Below are positions 26,601 through 39,200 of a stretch of 64,000 bases of DNA, piece after piece. The DNA is from Camelus dromedarius (Eukaryota): positions 65,410,001 to 65,474,000 of the forward strand of contig NC_087444.1 in NCBI RefSeq assembly GCF_036321535.1, written 5' to 3'. The notes beneath the pieces were generated by a model that saw only the letters and a program-made list of their open reading frames with translations, searched no databases and had not been told where the DNA came from. Numbering within the stretch: position 1 is the stretch's first letter; every line of letters begins with the position of its first letter. The translations under genes were made by a program, and so were the position numbers.

Positions 26601-29600
26601 ACTGGCCACATTTCAAGTGCTTAATAGCCACAGGTGGCTTGTGGTTACTGCATTGGATAACACAGACACAGAACATTTCCATCATCACAAGGTCTATTGG
26701 ACATGAATGCTATAGTGAAATTAACACCCTCAGAATAGGATCTGCTACTGAGTAAGGGATCAGTAAGTGTTGACTCTTATTATCCTGTGACTTTGATAAC
26801 TCACAGGCCTCAGTTTCATCTGGAAAATGGGGAAAACAATCCACTTCATAGGCTGGTTGTCTGGTTGAAACATCTTTGATATACACAAAGTTGCTTAGCT
26901 GCACTGAGTGTGACTAATATCATTGTGTGAGGTTCCCTCACCTCTCTAAGCCTCAGCTCTTTGTCTGTAAAATGGGCTAAATAATAATGCCTACTTTGGA
27001 GAAGTGGTGTGGGGATCAGAGCAGTGCCTGACACACAAAGGGCACTTAGTGTGCATCAAGCCCTGTTCTAAGGGCTTTACACATTTTAACTCATTTAAAC
27101 CTCATATGACCTGCTGAAGTGGCTACTGTTAGCTCCATTTTACAGATGAAGAAACTGATGTCCAGAGAGGTGAAATCACTGGCCCCAAGCCCCACAGCTA
27201 GTATGTGGCAAAGCTAAGATTTGGCTGAGCAAATCCCTGAGCCTGAGCTTATAACCATTGTGCTCTGCTGCTCCTCTATGGGCAGAGATTGTGATGTCTT
27301 CAGACAAAGGGTTTCACCTCTCTGAGCCTCGTACAGTCTTCTGTGTTGTAAAATGGGAAAAGTCAACCCATCCTGCTTTCAAAATTGTCACACGTGGATT
27401 TGATCAGATCATGTATAGAAGCTTTCTAGATGGGGTTGATTCATGCAAAACTCTTGATTAGGAAATAAAATGTGACTTTTAGGGTTTCTCTCTGTGCAAA
27501 GAAACAAAATGCAAATTCATTTCAGTGGCCTGCAGGTCTGGTGTCATCTGCTAACCTCTGCTAACCTCTCCACCTCACCCTCCCTTGGTAACTCCCCTGT
27601 TACACTACCCCTTCCCTCCTCCAGGCCTTTGTACCTACTGTTTCCTGTGTCTCCATATTTTTGCAAGATGAGCTCCTTCCAATCAGATACCACCCTAGCT
27701 TTTCAGAGAAGCCGTCTCAGAACACCCTAGCTAAAAACAACCTCTGCCCTCAGCCAGGGACAATTTACTAAATCCAAGTATTTAATGGTTTTCAAGGCCC
27801 TTGTTGCTACCAGAAATTATCTTAACTATGGGCTTACTTTATTGACTGTCTCTTCTTCAATAGAAAGGGAACTCTGAGAGCAGGGCTGGGACCAACACAG
27901 CCCTTTATCCCAAGGATGGGCTGGGTCCAGCATGGAGCCTGAGGGACACCAGGTAAATGAATAAAACTTGGAATTCCTGGATGAGTGAAGATTCTCTCTG
28001 TCCTCTGGGCCTTTAGACCTGCTCCCTTTCCCTTAGACCCCCCCCCCTTCCTTTCTTCTCCTGGCTCACTCATCTGCATCTTCAAGTGTGTCTTCCCCAT
28101 CACACCCTTGATCACTCTGACTTGTACTTTTTTCCTAATCAAAGTATTGATCACCCTGGGAGCACAAGTGGGCCCTGCATGGGGACTAAAAGGCCCGGGG
28201 GACCCAAATGGGGCAGAGCTGCACTGATCACTCTGCTTGTGCTTCCTCATGACAGCCATGGCTGCTCTGGGCTGTCACTGTCAGGTGTTGGATCTGTCTT
28301 CCAACATGGACTGAGAGCTCAGCCTAGGGTGGGTCACAAAGGAGGCACTCACAGAGCAACTGTGAGGTGAAATCAATACTGTGTGAATGATCAGGAGGGT
28401 GGGCAGACAAAGGGGAGAGGCTGCACTCTGCCCAAGGACCCATCTCTGAGGGATGAGGGCTGAGCCCTGCCCTCCCATCCCTGCTCCAGTCCCTGACCTT
28501 CTGGCCATCCAGTAGCACGCGGTCTCCCAGGCGCAGGCCCAGTGCACTGAGCATGAGATTGCCTGGGACGTTGTCATAGTTGGGTAGTGTGACCTTGGGG
28601 AGGGCACAGGAGAGTGGCACAGCCTCCTCCAACAGTGTCCGCAGCTCCTTGGCCACCAGTGCCGCCTCTGCCTTGTCCAGGGACATGTCCATGGGGTCTG
28701 GGACCACCTCCGCTGGCACCTGTCCCTTTCGGTTCTGGGCATCAACATGAAGAGAGAGGGTGAAAACTCAGTGATGTAATCCACACCCCCACTGAGCCCC
28801 TTCCCCCCACCAAGAGACCCCAGGTCTAGGTGAAGCAGAGGTGGGCCTAGGTCATACCCTGGACCAACATGGAAATAGAAGGGGTGTGACATTAAGGTGT
28901 AGACCACGGTCCCCAGGGAAGTCCACTCAAGACCTCAGGCTGGGGATGTCAAATAATTGAGGGTCGGACTAGGGTGGAGCCAATAGGGAATGAAGGTCCC
29001 ACTTCGGAGCTGTAGGTCACGGCCTCAAGGCCAAGACCCCAAGCCTGGAATGGGACCATGTGAAGGTCAAACACTGAAAATGGTACTGTGTGGTACTGGC
29101 TCAGGGGTCCAGCTAGGCCAATGCAGAATGGGGAAAGGCAGAACCTCAGGGGCGCAGGCCATGTCCCCCTGCGATATCTGTGCCTGGGATGCTGCAGAGA
29201 AACTGATGTTGGGGATAGGACCTGGAAATGGATGGGTCAGGGGTCAAAGATCATATTGAGGGCTTATGGGGGGCCAAGGGTCTCTGTGTACACACAGCCA
29301 TGGGTCCAGCCCAGATTTAAAGAAGATACTCCTTGCAGGGTGACCCTGGACGAATCACTCTTTCTGCCTCAGTTTCTCCATTGTAAAATAGGGCTCAAAA
29401 CAGGGTTCACCTGACATATCATGAACACTAAGTAAATGTCAGCTGTTACATTTGTTGAATGTATAGAAGATTTTTGCCATATTTTGAGAGCTTCAAGAAA
29501 CTGAAGTGGTCCTGCCCCCTCCCCACCATAGGTCTGCTGGCCGGGAAAGGGATTGGGGAAGAAGGAGAAGGAAGACAACAGGGCTGGGCCAGGGTGGCAG

Positions 29601-32600
29601 TACCCGAAGAGCTGGGTTGGCGCCGTGCTCCAGCAAGCATTTGGCCGCGCCCAGGCACAGGTTGGAGGCAGCGATGTGCAGGGCTGAGCCGTGGTTGAAG
29701 TCACTGCACGTGGAGTTCACCACTGGGAAGTGGGTGAGAGGAGGGTTCCGGGTGAGCGCCCTTGGCACCCCAGCCCTCCTGGTACCTTCCAGCCTCCGGA
29801 AGTCCATCTCTTCATCCATCTCTTAAACCGCAGGCTTCAGTGCCTCTCGCAGCCTCTGCTGCAGAGCCCCGCCCCACCGCAGAGCCCTGCCCTCCTTGGC
29901 CACTCCCCTCCTGACCAGCTCCTGCCAGGCCATGGGGTTATGGACCACTGAGCCCCATCTCGCCAACCTTCTGCCTGCAGCCTCCCCTCCCACCCGTATC
30001 TCCCACCAGGCCCCATCACTCACCTGCCCTGCCTGCTTCACATCACGTCTCCTTTCCCCACATCCGGGCACCCTCCTTCTGCTTCCAGATCCCCTTCCTC
30101 GTCTAGGTCCTGTCCCCTCCCAGCCCAGCCCCTCCTCCTCACCTCTGGGCCGCGCGCCCTTCAGCAGCACGCGCACGAGGTCGGGCACATCGAAATAGGC
30201 CGCGTAGTGAAGCGCGTTCATGTTGGTCCAGCGGCTGCGCAGGGTCACGTCCGCGCCCAGCGCGAGCAGCTGCTGAGAGAGGCGCACAGCCGCCGCGGGG
30301 TCCCCTGCGCGACAGCCCGGGTCAGCTTGGGTCCCTTCCTCTAGAGTGTGGACCCAGCGCATGGGGAAGACCCTTTGGGATCTTAGGCTGCGGGTTCAAG
30401 TTGGGGGTCCACGGGCAGGGTTCTGAAGGTGTCGGGTGTGGGAGCCTAGGTTTTGGGTTTGTCGTTTGGGGGTTGGGACCCTCACCGACTCCGTGAGCCC
30501 CAGCCTTGCAAGCATAATGGAGCAGTGTCATGTCAGTCAGCCCATCACGATCATTCACGTGGCAGCCTCGGCGCAGAATCTGGGAGTACCAGGGGACCAA
30601 GCAGGGTTACCCAAACACGTGAAGGACCCCACTGTCTCCTCCCTGGCTTCCCCAGCGTTCTTACCTCATTGCCAATGACATCGATTTTGTGCTGGACTTG
30701 GGGCACCCACTGGCGCACAATGGCGAACAGCTCAGGGATGGTAGTCTGCGGGTCAAACAGAATCTCCTGGCAGGCAGGGTCGTTGGGGTCGAAGAAGGTG
30801 AAGGCTGGGGTAGTGAGAGGTCCGAGGTCACCCAGGCAAAGTGACCCCCTCCTTCCATCCTGAGGCAGGGGAGTTCTAGGTCTTTGCCTTTAAGACCTTC
30901 TAATGCAGGGTCTCAAACTGGTGGCACATGGGCCACAGGCATTTTCTGTGTGGCCAGCACGGGGTTTCAAAATTGGGAGGGTTTCACCTAAAAATGTGGG
31001 TGCCCAGCATGTCTGGAAAAACTGGAAGATCAGGCAATTCCTATGTAGCAGCAAACTCCACCCCTTGAAATGAGGGGGTGCCCAGCATGCCCAACAGTGG
31101 CTGCTGCTGCTCTGGCCCCTGTTGCCCTGTCAGAGCATGGGCACAGGTTGGCCAGATCTCCAGAGTAAAGAAAATTAAAAAGCCAGAGATCACAGTTTTT
31201 ATGAAAAATCTCCCCCAATTTTTCAAAACATATCCATGAGCAGGGTCCAAGCTGTGACTAGCCAGGGTGGTGCCCCGAGGAACTGCATCTCCCCTCTTAG
31301 ACTCTGTAGTAACGTCAGCACCCAACACAGGGCCTGGCACAGGGCAGGAGTGCAGCGCACGTTGAATGGATGAGCAAATGAATGACCAGATGATACAGAG
31401 CCCAGGGAAGAGCTGCGGAGGAGGGTTCTCCAGGAATCAGCCTATTAAAACCCCAGTCACAGCACAGCGCTCCTTGGCTGGGAACCCTGGCTCCCATCAC
31501 ACTCAGATTACAAACCAAAGTCCTCATGCCAGCCCGCAGGCCCTGCACAAACTGGCCTCCTCTGTTCTCTGCCCTCTCCCCCTTCACTCATTCCTCTCGA
31601 GCCACACTGGCCTCCTTCTGTCCTTCCAACTCGCCCGACAAATTCCTGTCTCAGGGCTTTGTGCTTGCTGTTTTTCTTGCCTGGGCCAGTCTTCCCTCAG
31701 ATCTTCTGAAGGCTTCAGAGAGGCCTCCCCAGACCATCTTGGCTAAATCAGCACCTCTGCCCTTCTTTATTTCTTTAAAAATGTCACTTGGCTGTTTCCA
31801 TGCTGCCGTGTTCACTCCCTTATTCGCAGGGCCCAGCACAGCACCTGGCAGGCACTAGGTGCTCAGTCAGTCTTGACGGTATTAATGTACAAATTTCTTA
31901 AATAAATACACAAGTTTCTTTTGGAATCCACCTTAGCCTTCTCTCTGTCCTAGATCATATTTTCAGATTCCTTTGCATTCTGTAACCAAACCCTCCTTGT
32001 TCTACAGGCAGGATTCTGGGGGCAGGGGACAGGCACCCTAGACTCTTTAAGACTTCCCTCTGGCCCACAGGCCCCAGCCACATTTCCAGAGAAGATATTC
32101 CAGTTTCCTGGGGTGAATATCCAACCCCGGACACCCAGATAAAGTTCTTATTTTTCTATCAGACTGAGGGCAACTTGTGGCCTCCCTGACCCCGACCCAC
32201 CTCTAGTGGGTGACATGTCCACAGATGTCATCCCTCCTGCACTATCTTGGTGATGCCTACTCTCAAAACTTGGAATCTAGTTTCTGAACTTACAGCTGCT
32301 GGGGATTCCCAGCCAACATCTTCTAAAAGCCCTTCCTGTATTCAATCCTGGCTGAGCTCCACCTTTCCTGCTCAGTAGCCAGAAGGAGCTGTTAAAAATA
32401 TAAATCAGACCTACCACCTGTCTGCTTTCAAATACCCATCCCCTACAACTGCTCTCCCCTCATCACACTCAGGATAAATCTAAAGTCCTCATACTAGCCT
32501 TTAAGGTCCTTCCAGATCTAGGCACTGCCAACCTCTGACCTTAACTCCCTTCACTCCCTAAGGGTAGCACCATGATTTTCTCTGTTCCAAGTTCAATCCT

Positions 32601-33735
32601 GCCTCAGGGCTTTTGCACTTGCCACTTACAGCCTGGAACTCTCTTTCCCTAGCTCTTACATGGCTGATTCCTCCTCGTGCTCTGGGTCTCAACCCAAATG
32701 CCACCTCATCAGAAAGACCCACCCTGACCACTCTGCCTCAAGATGCTGCTCCCTAGCCATTTTCTATTATATCTCCACCTTTTAATTTCTTTCATATCAT
32801 TCACTCGTCTGAACTTATCTGATTCATTTGTTACTTGTTTAGTCTCACCTTCTCTCCTGAGAGCAGGGATCATGCCTGGATTGCTCACCATTAAATCTCC
32901 ATCTCCCAACACAAGACTTGTCACAGAGTAGTCATGATGGATAAATATTGCTTGGTGAATGAGTAGACACTTTCAGTTTCTCCAAGAGGCCACCCTCTCA
33001 GCGCTACATTCTTGGAGACTTTACTCCTGTGGTAATCTCTCCTGGGTAACCCCCTTCCCCTGAGCCTTTCCCTTGTTAACCCCCAACTCATCCTTAGGTC
33101 TCCCTTAAATGTTATTTCCTCAGGGAAAGCATATCTTAAAAAGCTCTTGTAGAATCCTGTTCTTGGCAAACACAATTCTCATCACGTCTTGTAATTATAT
33201 ACTTATATCGTTATACTTATTTGTGCAGTCATTATTGAGGCCACCTGTGAGTTCTCTCAGGCAAAGACTGGGTCTGTCATGCTCCATGCTGTGCCCCCAG
33301 CTCCGAGGTCCACAGCAGGCGTTCAAAAATGTTGAATGACTAAATGACTGAATGATGTGTCATGAATCAAAGATTAGGATTATCCCAATTCTATTCTCCA
33401 ATGGGTGAATCAATGAATTAATGAAGGGGGTGGGGATCCAAGGGCCATGACTCCTCCAGACCACCATCAAATGCTCCAGAATCCTCCCACCATCTCCACC
33501 AGCAGAGTTCAGCCAAACCTCCCTGGCCACCCAAGGCTCCAGGCCATATTGCAGGGTGGGGAGGGTGGTTACCATAGTCCTTGGGGAGGGGGGCAGGTGC
33601 CGAGGGGTGCACAACAGGCTTCTGCCGGCGCTCCTGGGTGGGGCTGGGGGGCTCCGGGACAGGCTCATCCTCCTCCTCCTCTTCTTCCTCCGCCCTGAGC
33701 GGCGGGGCCATCGGGGCGGGATCTGTCTTAGTCAT
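23688..33735 (-). CDS. CLIP3: CAP-Gly domain-containing linker protein 3 (CLIPR-59), 13 coding exons, 546 aa
   Basis: Exons 33735-33573, 30804-30665, 30579-30486, 30304-30143, 29722-29604, 28734-28498, 26288-26153, 26011-25883, 25235-25092, 25023-24900, 24676-24612, 24199-24127 and 23742-23688 total 1641 nt. Acidic N-terminus, ankyrin repeats, two CAP-Gly domains (GKNDG, GKHDG) and C-terminal [17 protein letters not shown]. Confidence 0.97.
25440..25835. repeat. Degenerate ~72-bp tandem repeat (about 6 units) in a CLIP3 intron
   Basis: Unit core AAACTGAGTCACAGAAGTCAGGAACCCA recurs near 25448, 25517, 25589, 25662, 25737 and 25803. Confidence 0.65.
26510..26705. mobile_element. MER3-like DNA transposon
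   Basis: gctgccctgtc..tagccactggccacat..cacactggccacatttcaagtgcttaatagccac..ctattggaca. Confidence 0.6.
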
Positions 33736-34239
33736 GGTCCTTGGTGGCCCTCAGGGGGGCAGGAGCAGAGTTGGGGGCAGCCGTCAGGCAAATCCTAGGG
33801 GCAGAGGTTAGCTAGAGAGGGTGCCCCACGGTCTCCGGAATCTGAGACCCCAGACGCTTCCAGGGCTCCGGATGGCTCCCACGCCCCCAGCTCTGGATTT
33901 GGGGGCATCACAGAGACGCCAGTCATCCATCAGAGGACCCTGGTATATGGGTCCAACGCCTACCACTTCCATTACCCGGTCCTGTCTCCCATTCTTCTCC
34001 CGCGTCAGGCCCCTCAGTATAGGCCGCCCCCTCCCCGGGTTTGTTTATCTCAGGATGCAGGATGCTTTGCCCCTCCCCTTCTCCGCAGGCCTCCCTCTAC
34101 CCAGCTTACCTCGGGTGGATGGGGCTGAAGACCAAAGCTGAGACCCGGGGAATTGGAGTAATGGGGTGTCAGTGCCGGGAGAAGTGATGGGGGAGAAGGA
34201 GACAGAGAGAAGGGGACGAGGCCCAGACGCCGAAGAGGG

Positions 34240-34330
34240 GTGGGGGTGGAGAGGGAGGGGCGCTGAAGGCGCATGCGCTGTGTCACCCCCAACCAGGCGC
34301 GGGGGCGGAGATACCGCCAGGCTGGTCGCA
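34240..34330 (-). promoter_or_regulatory. CLIP3 promoter region
   Basis: Perfect NRF1 palindrome GCGCATGCGC at 34269-34278 and a GC box (~34303) in a CpG-rich patch about 0.5 kb upstream of the first coding exon. Confidence 0.55.
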
Positions 34331-36254
34331 TTGATGAAAGGGCTGGAGGCAGCGATGCAAAGGGGATAGACACCTAGGATGGGGAGAGGAAGAAGCAATG
34401 GCCACGAAGAAGGATGTGAGACATGGAGACAGGAGAAAGATGAAGCAGGGGCCAGAGCGCAAAGAGAGGGATGGGAAAATGGGTACAGTTCGTTTTGCCC
34501 ATCCCGCTGTGATAGCGCCTTCCCGCGGGCCCCCGAACCAGGCCAGTTAGGGTAGAGGTCTAAGTGTGTGATGGTGATGGGTATTTTATCTCCCTCACAT
34601 ATCAGACCTGATCCCCTCTCCGTGCTCGCCCTATACAAGGGATGTCTCAGATGATTCTGTAGAGATTCCTCTAATCAGCTTCATCGTCATTATCATCGCA
34701 TAGTGCCCACACAGCACTTACCAGGCCCAGAGAAGTTAAGCCACTTGCCCAAGGGCACACAGCAAGTAGGTGATGGAGTTAAGACTTGAATCCAAGGGGC
34801 CTAGCTGTAGAGTCTGGGCTTTTAATCTCCATGCTACATGGCTTTGGCGGTGTCTAGGGGATAGATCGATCTGCCAGTGGACCCCTCCCCTAGAAGGCCC
34901 TCCAGGAGCTAGCCCAGGGCCCAGGCTTTCTTGTTTCCATCATCATGGCTTAGCTATCATATCTGGCTGTCTGTAGCCTGGACTGCCCACAATCTTCCCA
35001 AACTGAACAAGAACAGCTGACTTTGCCTTCCACCCCTCATCCTTCTAATGGGCAGGCCCAGTAGCTCCACCAAAAATATTTCCAGAATTTCATCCCTCAC
35101 CCCCTAACCCCAGGCCCTCATCCTGGTCTTTCCTTCATCCTCTACCACCTGGACTATGGCAGCAGCCTCCTCTGTTCTCCCTGCTCCCTCCTCACCACGC
35201 CCACCCTATATGCAGCTATAGGTACCTAGGAACACCTTTTACATCAGCGTCCTCCTTGAGGTATCTGCTTACTGGACCTTACTCCAGGTAAAAGTCAATG
35301 TTCCCAACAACAACCCACAAGACCCTATATGAACTTTCCCATTATCTCTCCAATCTCACCTCCTCTCACTCCACTCTAACCACGCTGACCTCACTTGCTC
35401 CTCCTCACCCCAGTACCTTCACACCGGCTCTTCCTTCTGCTGGAATGTGCTGCCCCCAGATACCTGGTTCCCTTTCTCCTCTCAGGTTTTTGCTTATTGG
35501 TGCCTTTTCAATGAGACCTTCTCTGCTCCATCAAAAATTGCATCCCAACTCCCCCTCTCCCCCCGACACACTCACTTCCTTCCCTGCTTTAGTGTTCTCC
35601 ATAGCAATGCTGCCCTTCCCCAGTTTACACCGTAGATGTTGGGGCATGTGCAGGGGTTCTTCTCCCTGGAACTTCTAGGCCAGTTCCTTCTCATCATCCT
35701 GGTCTCCGCTCAAACACTGTCTCCTTAGACAGTCCTCCCCCTCCCCCAGCCCATATTTTCATTCATCTTTATAGCACTTATCGCAATCTGAAATTGTCTT
35801 GTTTATTAGTTTACTAGTTCATCTTCTACTCAAGCAGAATGTGAGCACCATGAGAACAGGATTTTTGTCAGCTGTGTTCACTGCTGTATCCCCAGCTTGG
35901 CACCAGGCTCAGCAAAGGTTATGAGGTGCTCTTCAAAACCAGGTACAACTCTCCCCAAACACTCAACCCTTGTTCTGCTGGGAGGATGTTTTACTGACTG
36001 CAAAGATTCCAGCTGGGGTTGGCAGGGACCTGGTACCCATGTAATCGCTGCTGTCAGGGGTCGGGTCTTAGGCCCAGGTTGGCCCTAAGGTAGGTGCAAG
36101 GGGTTCATAAGAGGAGGTGGTGGGAGCCAGGCCCTGGAGGGAGGCACTACTATGCCCCCGGCATGGGTGGTGGGACTGGGCCAATTCCATGTGCGACATG
36201 TCTCTCTTCCTCTCTCTTCTATCATCTGTCCCATGACATTCTCTGTCCTGGTGC

Positions 36255-39200
36255 TTATACACTGGGAGTCTGAGTGTCCAGGAGCTCAGGCTTGGTGTCC
36301 AGTGTGGGAGGTGCAGGACCTTGGGCAAGGACCACAGCTATGTCGGGCCCTCCACAGATGATGGTGAAGGCTTCGGATTCCTCAGGTCCAGGGTGCTAGG
36401 CCGTCCAGGCAAAGAAGTGGTAGAGATGGAGGACACAGGGGAACGAGGGGAGTGAGAGGAGGGAAGGAGGGAAGGAAAAGGTTTGGCAGGGGGAGAAGTG
36501 GTGAGAAACAGAGAGGTAGAGGTGGAAGGGAGGGTGTCAGGAAACAGAAGAGATGTGAGGAAAGAGATGTGAGAATCAGAGAGACACTCAGGAGGGAATT
36601 AAGGGGTGTGGGAAAACAGGGAGAGAGATGTGGGGGGACAAAGACAGGGAGAGAGAGATATGGGGCATGGGAGAAATGTAGGCACAGAGAGACAGGGACA
36701 TAGATATGAGACAAAGATACAGAAGAAGAGAGACATGGGGAAGGGGGAAGATAAATGGATGACAGAGAGATGGGGGGGCAGAAAGACAAAGGTGAATGTG
36801 GGGGAGAGAGGAAGAGATTGGGGAGACAGGGATGGAATGGGGGCAGGGGAGGCAGAGAAAGACGCTGTCAGCCCAGGGGCCCCAGCAGGCTCGGTGAAGA
36901 GCCCCAGGCCTGGGTCTGAGTTCTGTCCTCGCCCCACTGTGTGTCCCTCTTGTGCCCCAGCATGGTTCAGGCCCCGGTCTCCAGGGGCAGCCACTGCAGC
37001 TCCAGCTGACTGCTACTATCTGGGGATAGGAACCCCCTGCTGCTAGGTCTGCTGAGCCTTCAGGAAAGACCAGAAAATATTTTAAAGCATTGTAGAGGCC
37101 AAATAATTCATGTCTGTGGGCTAGGTCCAACCCACTGGTGTCAGCTACCAAGGGACCTCAGGGGCTTTCTGAAACCCCCTCCCACCTCCCTTGTCCCGGC
37201 AGGAACCTGGGACCTGGGACCTGGGACCTCAAGCTTGACCCTGGAGTTTGAAGCAGGGAACATGCCTGGTTAAACTTTGATTTTTAAACACATGATCCCC
37301 CCAACCCCCAGCCCTGGAAAATACTCAGCAGTAAAATATAGGGGCAAAGGGGCCTTAGATCTGGCCTGGAAGACTAGGATAGAGTTGCAAACTCAAGTTC
37401 TTTACCTGCCAGGCAGGGAGCGCTCCAAGAGAAAAGCACAGGCCTCCTCTGGAGCCAGACACCAGGGTTTGAATCCCTGCTCTGCCACTTACTGACTTTG
37501 GGCAAATTACTGGACCACTCTGTGCTTTGGTTTTTTCATCTGGAAAATGGGCACAAGAGCAACATCAAGGTCATGGAGAGCTTTCAATGAGTTATTAACT
37601 GTGGCCAGAGAAATAAAGGCTTCTTAAATATTATTATTAATAAACGGGGCGGCCACTACTCAGCTCCTACCGATAGTTGCTTGCCATTGCCAGATTGGTT
37701 TTTTTCAAGCCCGAAATTTGGAAAGACGAGTGAAATGTTCTAAATGTTCTAAAGACGAGTGAAATTTGGAAAGACGAGTGAAATGTTCTAAGTACTGGTT
37801 TAAAGGGGACCGCAGGCTGGTGGGCCAGGCGGGGGCACTCACCGCGCACAGCAGGCCCCGGAGCGCGCGCGCCAGCAGGCTCTCGGCGCGCAGCTGCTGC
37901 GCCAGCTGTTCCAGAGCCCGCAGCTGCGCCTGGTGCCGCTCGTGGCGCCGCTGGAGCCGCCGCACCCGCCGCTGCAGCGCTCCCAGCGCCGCGCCCAGCC
38001 CCGCCCGGGGGTGCTGGGCCGAGACTCCAGGGCGCGGCCCCTTGGGAGCCGGCAGGGGCGTCAGGAACACGGTGGCGGGGGCCTCGGGGCCTCCGGATGC
38101 TGGCCCCAGCACCACAAGGTGTACAGGGCCAGACGCTGGGACCGCTGAGCCAGGGGACTTGGACGTGGCCTCCTGCGGAGGCGCAGGCAGGACTGGTTTC
38201 TCGGCGCTCCGAGCATTCTGCTGCCTCTGGAAGACAAAGCACGGGGTGGGGGTGGGGGACATCAGAGCCGGGCTCCAGGGGAGATTTCCTCAGGAGAGGA
38301 GGGTTCGGGGTCAGACTCCAGGAAGGACTTCCCTCGGTAAGGCTAGACCTCAGGGAAGAACTTCTCTTAGGAGGGAGGGCTGAGAGTCAGACTCCAGGAG
38401 GGACTTCCGCAGGAGGGGAGGCCTGGGGATCAGACTCCAGCAGCGGGACCTCCCTGAACTCACCTTGGCGGGCGGCGCCCGGGAGAAAATGGAGGGCACA
38501 GCATCTGGCCGTAGGTAGCGCACACCCCAGCGCCACTGGAAGCAGGAGGGGGCGAAGTGCTCGCTGCACAGGTGCTGATGGCAACTGGGCACCCAGTGCT
38601 CCCGGCCCATGTGCCTCAACCAGGCCTGCAGCCGGGGGCCATCCTTCAGTGGGAACCTGCCGGGGGGCGGGGTCAGCGATATCAGGTCCTCGCTGCGGAC
38701 ACGCCCCACAAACACCAGAGGTCCATGGACTCCAAATCTCGGCCTCCCCTGGGCCAGAATCTGGCCCAGCTTCTCAACCAGGCTCTTTACCTCCTACCCA
38801 CATCCACTCCTTAGGCTCTCCATCTTTTAAACACCCGGCATCAGCCTACCTCTCCCACCCTGGCTGTCCCTCTCCTGGGTGGGTTTTTGCAACAGTCCCT
38901 TCCTAGTTTCCCTATCCACTGCCACTCTCCCTCCCACCCCTGGGCCCCCAATCTGCTCCTCCACATGAACCTAAGGGAGCAGTTTACAAAATTGGACAAA
39001 TCTAGAATGTGGAAGACTCCACATTCATGGCAGTAGGGGTAGGATTATGGATTAAAAGAGATTTCAGAAACATCAACCCAAAGGCAGGGGTTGCAAAAAA
39101 CTATTCTGCAAAAAGACATTTTAACACAGTTGGGGGAAACTGAACATGAACTGGGTATTAGATAATTGCAAGAAATTGATTTTGCTATGCATGATAATTG

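Noticed and set aside
36420-36860. Purine-rich GA tract with several ORFs
   Set aside because: Low-complexity intronic sequence upstream of the THAP8 last-exon acceptor.
37766-38906. 205-aa and 269-aa plus-strand ORFs
   Set aside because: Antisense to THAP8 exons 2-3 in a CpG island, with no domain-like content.
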